This document shows positions 9,107 to 19,200 of a DNA stretch of 64,000 nt, piece by piece (position 1 is the stretch's first letter; every line of letters starts with the position of its first letter). The translations under genes and the position numbers were made by a program. The DNA lies in sequence record MK639187; one strand, written 5' to 3'. The DNA is from Shigella phage SSE1. A model generated the notes under the pieces. It was not told where the DNA came from. It did not search any database and saw only the letters and a program-made list of their open reading frames with translations.

Positions 9107-9370
9107 ATGAAATTTAAATTTTTCTACGCAAAACATAAAGTAACAGGCGAATTTGTTTCAATGTACAACACCGCCGATGACGAAGGGATGATTTATACTC
9201 ATTTAGGTCTATCTCATTGGGACTCAGACGTGCCTTATATGTCATCTGAAGCCGAAATAACTCGTTTAGTTAACGGACATATGAACGACCATTTTAGTGT
9301 TATTCTTTCTAAAGACCTTAAAGAGGTTATCAACAAAGGATATATGGAACTCGCGGAAGTTGAGATATGA
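9107..9370 (+). CDS. hypothetical small early protein
   Basis: 87-aa ORF downstream of a promoter cassette. Confidence 0.45.
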   Translation: MKFKFFYAKHKVTGEFVSMYNTADDEGMIYTHLGLSHWDSDVPYMSSEAEITRLVNGHMNDHFSVILSKDLKEVINKGYMELAEVEI

Positions 9371-9562
9371 GTTCTAAAATGTGGATCGGAATATGGTTGC
9401 TTAGTATCCCTATGATTTGTATAATATCTTCAATTGCATTGAGGTACTTATGAAAAATGCACTTCTTATTGTACTAAGAACAATTTGTGATACGGGTTTT
9501 TACATTGCATGTTCGTTCACTGGAACATGGTTGGCTTTAACATATTTTAATGTAATTTAATT

Positions 9563-9600
9563 GTTTACATCAAGGTAGGATTATGGTATAGTAGTCCTAC
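9563..9600 (+). promoter_or_regulatory. early promoter (GTTTACA, TATAGT) with inverted repeat around the -10
   Basis: GTTTAC 9563-9568, TATAGT 9587-9592; GTAGGATTA pairs with TAGTCCTAC (8 of 9). Confidence 0.55.
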
Positions 9601-9620
9601 TGAAACATGAGGAACACAAA

Positions 9621-9821
9621 ATGGCTAAGCTTTTTAAAGATGTTGAAATTGGTGAAAAATTTGTCCTGAATAATGGTCAGCAGCTTATTCGTGTAGCTTC
9701 TATCGCCGGACAAACTCATAACTGTATCGCCCCAACGTGTTGGACTCGATTCTTTATTGAAGATGACACTGAATGTTTAACTGTTGAAGAGCTTTTTGAA
9801 CGTTCTGATATAGCCGAATAA
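9621..9821 (+). CDS. hypothetical small early protein
   Basis: 66-aa ORF with AGGAAC spacer. Confidence 0.45.
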   Translation: MAKLFKDVEIGEKFVLNNGQQLIRVASIAGQTHNCIAPTCWTRFFIEDDTECLTVEELFERSDIAE

Positions 9822-9823
9822 AA

Positions 9824-9859
9824 TTGTACAAACTCTTGAGAGCAGAGTATAATGCTCTC
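9824..9859 (+). promoter_or_regulatory. early promoter (TTGTACA -35, TATAAT -10) with perfect 7-bp inverted repeat around the -10
   Basis: GAGAGCA 9838-9844 and TGCTCTC 9853-9859 bracket TATAAT 9848-9853. Confidence 0.55.
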
Positions 9860-9897
9860 ATGGATTACAAAAACATTAATCAATTGAGGAAATTAGC

Positions 9898-10344
9898 ATG
9901 TCCAAATATTTAACTCGTAAAGACCTTCTGGCAGTTGGCGGTGAAGTTGTTGCAGTAGTTCGTAACGGCGAATACGGTTCTGAAGTTTCTAAAGAGTTTC
10001 GTTCTCGTGAAGGTTTTTACTTCTTTGTTAAAGGTTCATCTGATTGGCGACAAGTAGCAGCACGATTCTTTGTAGGACGTCAACGTTCTAAACAAGGGTT
10101 GGATGCAATTCTTTCTCACATTCGTCAAGGCCGTTCGCAACTAGCCCGTACTATGGGCACTAACAATATTGAATATGATGTAATCTTTGTTGCAGCTAAG
10201 AACATGAAACCACTGACCACTGGTTACGGTAAAGGACAATTGGCTCTGGCATTCACTCGCAACCATACATCAGAATATCAAACACTCACTGAAATGAACC
10301 GTCTTCTGGCAGATAATTTCAAATTCATTCTGCAGAGTTACTAA
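9898..10344 (+). CDS. ndd: nucleoid disruption protein Ndd
   Basis: 148 aa; ...[10 protein letters not shown]...[14 protein letters not shown]...[21 protein letters not shown]...[11 protein letters not shown] matches recalled T4 Ndd. Confidence 0.8.
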   Translation: MSKYLTRKDLLAVGGEVVAVVRNGEYGSEVSKEFRSREGFYFFVKGSSDWRQVAARFFVGRQRSKQGLDAILSHIRQGRSQLARTMGTNNIEYDVIFVAAKNMKPLTTGYGKGQLALAFTRNHTSEYQTLTEMNRLLADNFKFILQSY

Positions 10345-10396
10345 TTTATATAGGCCTAGCTTAATAGGCCTTTAATTTATTTTTGAGGTAATTAAA

Positions 10397-10543
10397 ATGG
10401 TAGCATGGATTATTGCATTGCTGTGTTGGTCGTTTTTATTCGTTAACACTTTAGTTACAGGCGAAACAACAGTATTTCAACAGGCCGTATCACAAGGTAC
10501 CTTAGCGGTCTTAGCTCTTCTTAACGTATTAAAAGGCGAGTAA
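10397..10543 (+). CDS. small hydrophobic membrane peptide (ac/52.1 position)
   Basis: 48-aa ORF below the track cutoff, MVAWIIALLCWSFLFVNTLVTG..., one predicted TM helix. Confidence 0.4.
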   Translation: MVAWIIALLCWSFLFVNTLVTGETTVFQQAVSQGTLAVLALLNVLKGE

Positions 10544-10683
10544 TGATTAAGAAAATCTTAGCAGGAGCCTTCGGGCTCTTGTTGTTGCTTACGGTTCTGT
10601 ACTATGGTGTGATGTTTGGGCTAATCCAAGTAGTGCTTTTCATTTCAGATGTTATAATGGTTATTCGTTCATTAATATGGTGA
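10543..10683 (+). CDS. small hydrophobic membrane peptide
   Basis: 46-aa ORF, MIKKILAGAFGLLLLLTVLYYGVMFG..., ATG overlaps upstream stop. Confidence 0.4.
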   Translation: MIKKILAGAFGLLLLLTVLYYGVMFGLIQVVLFISDVIMVIRSLIW

Positions 10684-10687
10684 AAAT

Positions 10688-12013
10688 ATGCAATTGAATT
10701 CTCGTAATCTAAAAAGTATTATTGATAACGAAGCCTTAGCATATGCGATGTACACCGTTGAAAACCGTGCAATCCCAAACATGATTGATGGATTTAAGCC
10801 GGTTCAACGTTTTGTGGTTCATCGTGCGTTAGATTTGGCTCGTGGTAATAAAGAAAAATTTCATAAACTTGCGTCAATTGCAGGCGGTGTTGCAGATTTA
10901 GGTTATCACCATGGTGAATCTTCTGCACAAGATGCAGGTGCATTGATGGCTAACACATGGAACAACAACTATCCACTGTTAGATGGCCAAGGCAACTTTG
11001 GTTCTCGAACAGTCCAAAAAGCTGCAGCATCTCGTTATATTTTTGCTCGTGTAAGTAAAAATTTCTATAACGTATATAAAGATACTGAATATGCTCCAGC
11101 TCATGAAGATAAAGAACACATTCCACCAAAATTCTATCTTCCTATTATTCCGACAGTTCTTTTGAATGGTGTCTCTGGTATTGCAACCGGTTACGCAACA
11201 AATATTCTGCCTCATAGTTTTAAATCAGTCAAAAAGGCTGTATTACAAGCTCTTCAAGGTAAAAATGTCACTAAGCCAAAAGTTGAATTCCCGGAATTCC
11301 GTGGTGAAGTGCATGAAGTTGATGGGCGTTATGAGATTCACGGAACATATAAGTTCACATCTCGCACTCAAATGCAGATAACTGAAATCCCATATAAATT
11401 CGACCGTGAAACGTATGTGAGTAAGGTTCTTGACCCGTTGGAAGACAAAGGTCTAATCTCATGGGAAGATGATTGTGGTGAACACGGCTTTGGGTTTAAG
11501 GTGAAGTTCCGTAAAGAGTACTCGCTTCCTGATGATGAAGAGCTACGTCATGAAAAAATCATGAAAGATTTTAGTCTCATCGAACGTCGTTCACAAAACA
11601 TCACAGTGATTAATGAAAAGGGTAAATTAGCGGTCTACGATAACGTAGTGGACTTAATCAAAGATTTTGTTGAAGTCCGTAAGACTTACGTTCAGAAACG
11701 TATTGACAACAAAATCCTTGAATCTGAAAAAGCATTTAAACTTGCTTTTGCTAAGGCACACTTCATCAAAAAAGTTATTGCCGGTGAAATTGTGATTCAG
11801 GGCAAGACTCGTAAAGCTTTGACTGAAGAGCTAGCACAAATCGAAATGTATAAAGAACATGTCGATAAACTGGTAGGTCTTAACATCTTCCATATCACTT
11901 CCGACGAAGCACGTAAACTAGCAGAAGAAGCTAAAGCTAAGAAAGAAGAAAATGAGTATTGGAAGTCTACTGATGTTGTGACAGAGTACACTAAAGACTT
12001 GGAGGCACTTTGA
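10688..12013 (+). CDS. 52: DNA topoisomerase II medium subunit (GyrA-like)
   Basis: 441 aa; N-terminus MQLNSRNLKSIIDNEALAYAMYTVENRAIPNMIDGFKPVQR is the type II topoisomerase cleavage-domain signature; T4 gp52 is about 442 aa. Confidence 0.92.
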   Translation: MQLNSRNLKSIIDNEALAYAMYTVENRAIPNMIDGFKPVQRFVVHRALDLARGNKEKFHKLASIAGGVADLGYHHGESSAQDAGALMANTWNNNYPLLDGQGNFGSRTVQKAAASRYIFARVSKNFYNVYKDTEYAPAHEDKEHIPPKFYLPIIPTVLLNGVSGIATGYATNILPHSFKSVKKAVLQALQGKNVTKPKVEFPEFRGEVHEVDGRYEIHGTYKFTSRTQMQITEIPYKFDRETYVSKVLDPLEDKGLISWEDDCGEHGFGFKVKFRKEYSLPDDEELRHEKIMKDFSLIERRSQNITVINEKGKLAVYDNVVDLIKDFVEVRKTYVQKRIDNKILESEKAFKLAFAKAHFIKKVIAGEIVIQGKTRKALTEELAQIEMYKEHVDKLVGLNIFHITSDEARKLAEEAKAKKEENEYWKSTDVVTEYTKDLEAL

Positions 12014-12089
12014 GTGCCATAGCCTTAGGATTTCTCGGTGCAATAGCTGCACTAGTGATTTGGCTGTATTGGTTGGACAAACACGATTA

Positions 12090-12110
12090 GGGAGCTTCGG
12101 CTCCCTTTTG
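12090..12110 (+). terminator. intrinsic terminator, UUCG tetraloop hairpin
   Basis: GGGAGCTTCGGCTCCC followed by TTTT. Confidence 0.7.
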
Positions 12111-12132
12111 TGCATTTTTTTCTCACAAAACA

Positions 12133-12161
12133 GTTTACATGTGCTTCAAACATGGTATTAT
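12133..12161 (+). promoter_or_regulatory. early promoter (GTTTACA -35, TATTAT -10)
   Basis: 17-bp spacing, followed by the CCTATCAA element, upstream of motA. Confidence 0.55.
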
Positions 12162-12200
12162 AGACCTATCAAAACAAAACAACCAAATTGGAGAAATAAA

Positions 12201-12833
12201 ATGTCTAAAGTTACTTACATCATCAAAGCTTCTGAAAACGCTCTGAATGAAAAAACTGCCGCGATAATGGTTTATATCATTAAGAACAACTTCACCACTG
12301 CTGCCAATGTCCGTGAAGCTCTGGAAGCAGAATACAATGCATCAGTTGTTAACTCTAACATTGGTGTATTGATTAAGAAAGGTTTAGTCGAAAAATCCGG
12401 TGATGGACTTATAGCAACAGGCGAAGCAATGGATATTATCCAAAAAGCTGCAGACCTCTTTGCCCAAGAAAATGCTCCAGAACTTCTTCAGAAACGTAAC
12501 ACTAGAAAAGCACGTGGAGTTACTCCTGAAATGCATGAATTAGCAAACTTTGTTTTTGAAAATATTAAAGATAAAGTTGAAGTTAAAGAAATTGGTGAAA
12601 ACCGTAGTAACTTAGAAGTTCGATTCGCTAAACGAGTTCTAGGCATTCGCCAAATTGAAATTCGACGAGATGGCGCTCTTAGAATCTTTGCATATAACAT
12701 GTCAGAAACTGAATCAAAGCTGTTTACTTCTCTTGAAAATGATGTTAAGATTAAGATAGGTGGTAAATATACTTACATTGACTTCCCTAACGTGTCCAAA
12801 GAAATCATTACTCTTGTAACTAACGTACTGTGA
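12201..12833 (+). CDS. motA: MotA middle-transcription activator
   Basis: 210 aa from the internal ATG at 12201 (MSKVTYIIKAS...NSNIGVLIKKGLVEKSGDGL); matches recalled T4 MotA (211 aa); the track ORF starts upstream inside the terminator. Confidence 0.85.
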   Translation: MSKVTYIIKASENALNEKTAAIMVYIIKNNFTTAANVREALEAEYNASVVNSNIGVLIKKGLVEKSGDGLIATGEAMDIIQKAADLFAQENAPELLQKRNTRKARGVTPEMHELANFVFENIKDKVEVKEIGENRSNLEVRFAKRVLGIRQIEIRRDGALRIFAYNMSETESKLFTSLENDVKIKIGGKYTYIDFPNVSKEIITLVTNVL

Positions 12834-12843
12834 GGAATACATA

Positions 12844-13188
12844 ATGAATAAGCTGAATATTATTAACGAACTTCGTAAATGCGCAGAACCTACTCAGGAA
12901 GGATGGGATATTTGGTACCACGGGGCTTATTTAGGGACAATTGTAAAGGTTAAAGCTGGGTTATATTTAATTATTCGCGAAAATTCCGAATTCCCTAATG
13001 GAGTAGCTCCTGGTGGTCTTCGTAAAAACTACATGGCAGCGATCAGTTCATTTGTTGATGCGGCTTACGAAATCTATAAAGAAGATTATAAAGAATATCA
13101 GCAGTCACAACCGGTTATTCGTTCGATTGGTGTAAATAAACAAGCACAAAAATCTATTTGGCAACGTATTAAGGAATGGTTTAAATGA
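12844..13188 (+). CDS. hypothetical protein (motA.1/arn region)
   Basis: 114-aa ORF. Confidence 0.45.
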   Translation: MNKLNIINELRKCAEPTQEGWDIWYHGAYLGTIVKVKAGLYLIIRENSEFPNGVAPGGLRKNYMAAISSFVDAAYEIYKEDYKEYQQSQPVIRSIGVNKQAQKSIWQRIKEWFK

Positions 13189-13646
13189 AATCATTTAAAG
13201 AACGTTTAGAGCTATTAGATTTGGCCTTGTCTCGTGAGACTCCTGAAAGTCTAGCAGAAAAATTCCAGTCCTACGGTTATAATTATTCTGCTGATGATAT
13301 AATGAATGAAGTTCCTGAAATCTGTTGGCAAACGTGTTATTGGAATAATGACCAAAAAGTTCAACGTGTTATAGTATGTGCAGCTAATAGGTTTAAATTG
13401 AAGAGCGGTGGAACTCTGGTTATTCCTGGAGTTCGTCATTACTCTAAAGATATGGCTGAAGTACTTGATATAGTTGGTCATCAATTAGTCTCGCAACAAG
13501 TTTGTGGTGACGACCAAGGCTTTATCGACCAATACTCTAATTACTGGACTCGTGAAGAAGCAATGATTATTGCAACATACGCTGGACAGGTACGTATTGA
13601 ACGTGGCGGAAGCGAGAAAGAACTTTATTCAGAGGACCTTTATTAA
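13185..13646 (+). CDS. hypothetical protein (arn region)
   Basis: 153-aa ORF, start overlaps upstream stop; conserved-looking VIVCAANRF...[12 protein letters not shown] block of unknown function. Confidence 0.5.
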   Translation: MKSFKERLELLDLALSRETPESLAEKFQSYGYNYSADDIMNEVPEICWQTCYWNNDQKVQRVIVCAANRFKLKSGGTLVIPGVRHYSKDMAEVLDIVGHQLVSQQVCGDDQGFIDQYSNYWTREEAMIIATYAGQVRIERGGSEKELYSEDLY

Positions 13647-13927
13647 TGAATATTAAACAACTCCAGAAAGATGCTATTGAAACACGTATCCAAGATATCA
13701 AACGTCTTAATCATATGATGGAAGAAAACTATGGTATGTACGCTAATCAGCCTGGTTGGGATGCTTTAGATCATCCTTATTTGGTTAATTTATGTAAAGG
13801 TGATACGTTAGCAATTATTCGTGATGGGTTAAAACCTTTCTTGCGTGACATGTATATTAAAATTAACGAAGAAATTATTAGCTCGTTGCAATATCAATTA
13901 AGGAAATTAGATGATGAGAATAATTGA
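13646..13927 (+). CDS. hypothetical protein (arn region)
   Basis: 93-aa ORF, ATG overlaps upstream stop. Confidence 0.45.
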   Translation: MNIKQLQKDAIETRIQDIKRLNHMMEENYGMYANQPGWDALDHPYLVNLCKGDTLAIIRDGLKPFLRDMYIKINEEIISSLQYQLRKLDDENN

Positions 13928-14138
13928 TTCTAAAGCAGATTATTTTAATTCTGTTAATGATAAGAATAAAGCTTTAATTCGCCACTTTATTACTGAGATG
14001 GGTTATACTAACTCTAAAGATTTGAAAGAGCACATTATCGAATGTTCTGTGGCTAAAAAGTTTTCTTTTACCGATAAATGCTTAAATGAGGTTATAAATC
14101 ATTATGAACAATCTTGTAGCAAAACACGATTTCAATAA
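13911..14138 (+). CDS. hypothetical protein (arn region)
   Basis: 75-aa ORF. Confidence 0.4.
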   Translation: MMRIIDSKADYFNSVNDKNKALIRHFITEMGYTNSKDLKEHIIECSVAKKFSFTDKCLNEVINHYEQSCSKTRFQ

Positions 14139-14212
14139 GGCTTCTGTCCATAAGGACAAGAAGAAATCAGAACTTCAATCTAAACGCAAACAAAAACATA
14201 AGGGTAAAGACT

Positions 14213-14512
14213 ATGTTTACTAAAATCAAAGAAAATCCTGCCACTGAACTTGTTATTCGTTGTGAAGAACTTGCAGAGCTTTATCAGGTTAACAGAGAAG
14301 TGTGTCGTAGTGTTATCGTAGATATGGAAGATGAAGTCTGTTCTCGTATTCCTTTTAGTGTCGATTTCAATCACATGAAGCCTGGTGAAATCACTATCGT
14401 CTTTGGTTCTGACTATACTGAAGAACGGGCTCTTAATGTCCTAGAGTATGAAATGTCGTTCTTTGACATACAGGACTACATTGATAGTTATAAGGAACAA
14501 TATGAGTCATAA
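14213..14512 (+). CDS. acidic small protein, positional candidate for Arn anti-restriction (McrBC inhibitor)
   Basis: 99 aa, rich in D/E, located just upstream of asiA where T4 carries arn; sequence identity not verified. Confidence 0.35.
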   Translation: MFTKIKENPATELVIRCEELAELYQVNREVCRSVIVDMEDEVCSRIPFSVDFNHMKPGEITIVFGSDYTEERALNVLEYEMSFFDIQDYIDSYKEQYES

Positions 14513-14663
14513 TCTTCAGAACGTAGTAGAGGCCGAACGTGAGCGTGAGGCTTTAGTCTATAATGAACTATTAGTTCAATTCTTGGTCTTACACTCGTAT
14601 GAACAGGAAGACTACACCAATTACGTTAAAAGCGTAGAAAAAGCCGTTTACAATCAACACTGA
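14502..14663 (+). CDS. hypothetical small protein
   Basis: 53 aa from the ATG overlapping the upstream stop (track ORF 14448..14663 starts further upstream). Confidence 0.35.
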   Translation: MSHNLQNVVEAEREREALVYNELLVQFLVLHSYEQEDYTNYVKSVEKAVYNQH

Positions 14664-14675
14664 TAATGGTACTAT
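14646..14675 (+). promoter_or_regulatory. early promoter (GTTTACA, TACTAT) for asiA
   Basis: 18-bp spacing, followed by the CCTATCAA element. Confidence 0.5.
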
Positions 14676-14709
14676 ACTCCTATCAATTGAGTGGAATGAA
14701 TAAAACGTT

Positions 14710-14982
14710 ATGAATAAAGACATTGAAATCGTACGTGAAATTATTACTATTGCTTCTATTTTGATTAAATTCTCTAGGGAAGATATTGTTGAAGACCGAG
14801 CAAGTTTCATCGGATTCTTGAATGAGATTGGAATTAAAAAAGATGGTCGGCAGCTAAATCAGAATTCTTTTAGAAAACTAATTACAAATTTAACTGCCGA
14901 AGAAAAGAAAACACTGATTGGTGAATTCAATGAAGGTTTTGAAAATATTTATCGTCATTTAGCGATGTATTCTAACAACTAA
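14710..14982 (+). CDS. asiA: AsiA anti-sigma70 factor
   Basis: 90 aa; MNKDIEIVREIITIASILIKFSREDIVE...FNEGFE matches recalled T4 AsiA (90 aa). Confidence 0.88.
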   Translation: MNKDIEIVREIITIASILIKFSREDIVEDRASFIGFLNEIGIKKDGRQLNQNSFRKLITNLTAEEKKTLIGEFNEGFENIYRHLAMYSNN

Positions 14983-15645
14983 TTATTTAGCCCTTCCTAG
15001 TATTCGGATCGCTTGGTTGCATATAGCCGCTAAGCGATCTTCCTCAAGTATATTATTATTCCCCTTATACCAATACATCGCCACAGTTCCAGCATAGATG
15101 TTATCCAAATTAAAGTATGGACAACTATACATATAAGAAAGTTCGGCAGTCTTAGATTTTGTAGGCAAAAATGCAAATTCTGATTTAGACGAGAAATGAC
15201 GGCCACTTAAATGAATTATATATTCATTAGCCGTTTTATCCACCGGGAATCCACCAAGGGACTTTTCAGAAATTGTGCTAGGTAGTTTGCCTTCATAAGC
15301 TATAAGGTCGACAAAATAATTTAAGTTTTTAGGTCTGAAAGAATACACAGCACTAAAATCTGCACCAGATGAGATATGAACTATTTGCAGTTGTTCTAGA
15401 GCCGCAGATTCAAAACGTAAAGCTCGTTCTTTTTGGATTATTTCAGTATAAGTATCATACTTAGCTCTTACATAATAATCCAGCAAAATACTTCCTTTGT
15501 ACCATATTAGTGCCATTAGGAACAAAAGAATAATTACCGCTACTCGGGACATTAAAACCTTTCCAGTAGCGTTATCTTTGAAAATACGATCTAGCAACCC
15601 AAATAGAATATCACTAGGCGAAAATGACACTTTTGGTGTTGCCAT
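14983..15645 (-). CDS. t: holin T
   Basis: 220 aa; MATPKVSFSPSDILFGLLDRIFKDNATGKVLMSRVAVIILLF... single TM plus large periplasmic domain, as in T4 T (218 aa). Confidence 0.9.
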   Translation of the reverse strand: MATPKVSFSPSDILFGLLDRIFKDNATGKVLMSRVAVIILLFLMALIWYKGSILLDYYVRAKYDTYTEIIQKERALRFESAALEQLQIVHISSGADFSAVYSFRPKNLNYFVDLIAYEGKLPSTISEKSLGGFPVDKTANEYIIHLSGRHFSSKSEFAFLPTKSKTAELSYMYSCPYFNLDNIYAGTVAMYWYKGNNNILEEDRLAAICNQAIRILGRAK

Positions 15646-15654
15646 AATACCTCC

Positions 15655-16206
15655 TTACTTAAAGATATTTATAATCGCTTTGACAATAGATTTTTTTTCA
15701 AGGTCAGGGAATTTAGGGAATTCACCGCCGAGATGTTCATGTTTTTCTAAAAGGGCAAAGAATTTTTTGAGCTCTTTAAATTTTCGTTTTTCTTCTCTAT
15801 TAGCAACCTCTGCGTCAACAAGAGAACTTAAAACACTGAATAATTTATAGAGTTCATGAATTTTTTTATCACGTTGAACTACACGTTTATATGCTTCATC
15901 TTCCTTCCAACCGTCGCCGGTCCAAATGTCAAATTCACCAGGTTCTTCTGTAGTAACATTTTGAAGAGCACCTGGAGTGTCAATAACAATTTTTTGCTTA
16001 TCATAAGTCCATACTGTTTTTCCACGATGGTCTTCAACATATACCCATTCTTGCTCGCGTTCGTCAAATATAACAGCATAGCCTTCTTTAGGGTCTAAAG
16101 GTTTTTTTGGTGTTGAATGAGCCGGAAATCCTACGCCTTTTAATGGTTTATAATTTTCTTCTTTGTAAAATTCTTTAGTGTCAAAATAATAATGATAGAG
16201 TTTCAT
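15655..16206 (-). CDS. 38: gp38, T4-type long-tail-fibre assembly chaperone
   Basis: 183 aa; MKLYHYYFDTKEFYKEENYKP...FALLEKHEHLGGEFP matches recalled T4 gp38 (183 aa). Confidence 0.88.
   Translation of the reverse strand: MKLYHYYFDTKEFYKEENYKPLKGVGFPAHSTPKKPLDPKEGYAVIFDEREQEWVYVEDHRGKTVWTYDKQKIVIDTPGALQNVTTEEPGEFDIWTGDGWKEDEAYKRVVQRDKKIHELYKLFSVLSSLVDAEVANREEKRKFKELKKFFALLEKHEHLGGEFPKFPDLEKKSIVKAIINIFK
15666..15673 (-). promoter_or_regulatory. late promoter TATAAATA for gene t
   Basis: Exact TATAAATA on the - strand about 20 nt upstream of the t start, inside the gp38 coding region. Confidence 0.6.
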
Positions 16207-16207
16207 A

Positions 16208-16231
16208 TTATAAAAAGGGACCGAAGTCCCT
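16208..16231 (-). terminator. UUCG-loop hairpin between genes 37 and 38
   Basis: GGGACTTCGGTCCC on the - strand followed by TTTTTAT. Confidence 0.55.
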
Positions 16232-16236
16232 TCTCC

Positions 16237-19200
16237 TTATGCTAAACGAACGATATAGTTAAAAGCAACGTTTTTAACAGTGTTTTCTGTATTTCCTGTG
16301 GCATTTACAGTTATTGTATGTCCATGGGAACCAATTGCAACAGTATGAGAATGAGCACCAATACCTACCGAATGGGTATGAGCACCAATACCTACCGTAT
16401 GGGCATGGTTACCAGTAGCGCTAGTAGTTCCTGACCAACTATGGGTATGGTTACCTTCTGTTGACGACTTTGCAATATATTGGCTTGTACCAGGCACGAC
16501 ACCGTTGCTTAGGCCAAAACCAACAACCTGAGACCCACTAATTAGAGTAGCCCCATTAGGAAATATCCCGGTCGGTTGGTTACTAGGTCCTCTTGGGCCT
16601 GTCTGTGAGTGCTGGTGGTTACCAGCGGCACTAGTATTACCACTCACTGTATGGTTATGGTTACCAGTAGTATTACTGGTTTTAGTACCATAATCAAAGC
16701 TTGAAGTCGTTTTGCTACCGTAATCAAAACTAGAAGTGGTCTTAGTACCTAAATCCGTGCTTGACGCACTTGCACTATGGCTATGTGACTTAACACCATC
16801 TTCTTCTGTACTTAATACAGCACGTCCAGATGGTTTACCCTTGATAGTTTGACCACGCATATCAGGCAGAGTGCCGGAAGGATACACCGCAGCTAACTTA
16901 GGATACAAGTCAGCATCAAACGTCTGGCCTTCCATTATGGCATAACCTTCAGGAGGTGTATCAGTAGGCCAAGGAATCGGAGCACCAATTGGATAACTTG
17001 AGACAATATCTGTCTTAAGGTTATTTATTGTCGAGTTCAAGTTAGCAAAGTTACCAGTGCCTCCAGTGATGTTACCATCAGTACCGAATTGAGCATTACC
17101 AACTTTTAATGGTTTAGTAATATCGACAGTATCAGAATTCAGTGCAATACCATGTGAATAGGTGTAACTATGCATACGAACGACGTTACCGCCATCGCCA
17201 ATACCTAAATACCATTTTGTAACATCTGCTTTACGTCCTTGAATAAAGTTAGAAGACTCTTGCGTTGGGGCATTTATTCTAATAGCATCTGACGCCGCAT
17301 TAACTGTAATACGTTTCCCTGCTGTTGTTCCACTAGTTTCTACTTTAAATATTCCACCACCGATATCTACATCATGGTCCATAGAAACTTTACCGGTACT
17401 TAATGTAATATAGAACGGACGTAAATTAGAAATACCACCTGATTCGCCAGCATTCTGTGGGGTCGGAATAATATAAAGCTTATCTTCTGAACGGCGGAAA
17501 ATAGCACCATATTCAGCGTTCCAAATTCTTAATACATCTGCTGTTCCACCAATTTTAACTTGGCCTGTAATAGAAGAACCACCTTGGACAAACAAACCGT
17601 TAGACATGGTAACATTGCCACCAAAAGAACCTGTACCGGAGGCACTTATATTACCAAGGCCTATGATATGGCCTGTTTCGACAGTTCCGTTAAATTTAAA
17701 GTTAACAGGACCTACTGTTTCACCAGAAGCCGGGTTGGTACGTTGAGCATAAAAATAATAACCTTGTGAATCTGATACTTCAAATACAGTTTCTCTATTA
17801 CCCTTTTCAGCGTTAAATGAGTTACCCCATGCTTTAATGGTTACAGTATTTTTATTCTGACCATTACGAGTACCTGCATCCCAGTTAATGGTTTTTGTCC
17901 CGTCAACGCCTGTAGGCGCTTTAAATGTCAAAGCATTGGTATTGTCATCACCTGATAAAAATAACCCAGTACGCATTGAAATACGTTGGGTTGAGTCAAA
18001 TGTACCATCTGCTCTAATAGCAACCCTATTTGAACTGGTTTTAATATCTAAAATGCCAGGCTCAACAAGAAGCCCATCACCCATACTAACGGACATACGA
18101 CCAGTGCCACGGAAATAGTGATACATCTTGGCATTGCTACTATAACCGATATGAGTCTGACCGTCACCGTTATTATTACCATCAACATCGGTACGCGCAG
18201 TAAACATTGCTTGGTTGTTATTTGGGTAATCCCAAGTAGAACCAGAATCTCGACTATAACCAACCATCAATTTTTTAGTACTGTTAATACCGTTATTAAG
18301 AATAGTGCCGGCAGAAATACCATTCGCAACTAAATCGATAACCCCGTCACGAACCCATTTAATACCAGTATCATTGTCACCAATTGCAATACCTTTACCA
18401 AACGAAACCAATGGATAACGTCCTTGGTCACCAACATCAGCAAGACCTATACCTATCGAATTAGCAACAGACATACGCCCATCTGTGGTATAAGACCATT
18501 GATAAACTTCAGCATTACGTCCTGTCCAATACGAAATATTCTGTGGTTTACCTGAACGAGCATCAGCAACTTCATGGAAAATAGCAGAAGAAACATGTCC
18601 GCGGAATTTACGAAGGTAGTTTATACCATTAGTATCCAAATCCGTTTCGGTTGGAGTATACTGCCAAGTCGGTAATGAAACTAAATCATATGCAGTATCA
18701 ATATTAGTGTCCCAAGATTTAGTGCTCACATTGATATTTTTGGTAATAACTTTAGGACCAATTAAAGAACCAGCTTTAGTTTCAATATTACTTTGAGTAA
18801 CTAAATATCCATTAGATACTAATAAACTTCCGGAATCAACTTGAAAATTACCGTTTCGATTAAAAGTCCAGTATTTTGAAGTCCCGGTTTCATCAATATA
18901 ATGGAATTTAAAACTACCTTCGTTTACTAATGTACCAGCAGAAAAAGTTCCATCTTTATAGCGTTGTTTAATCAGTGGATGGTATTCTGAAACAGAAGTA
19001 GTTGAACTTAAATCTGTAAAGATAGGGGCTTTATTCGAATGTTGGTTAGCCCAAGCGCCATTTCCAGTGGTTTTAGGTAAAAATTCAATGTATTTTCCTG
19101 CATAAACAAACTGATTTCCATTGAGATTATACGTGCCGTTTTGTAAATAATCGCCAGTTTGAGTTACATTACCGTTAATATCCCCACCCTTAGCAAAGCC

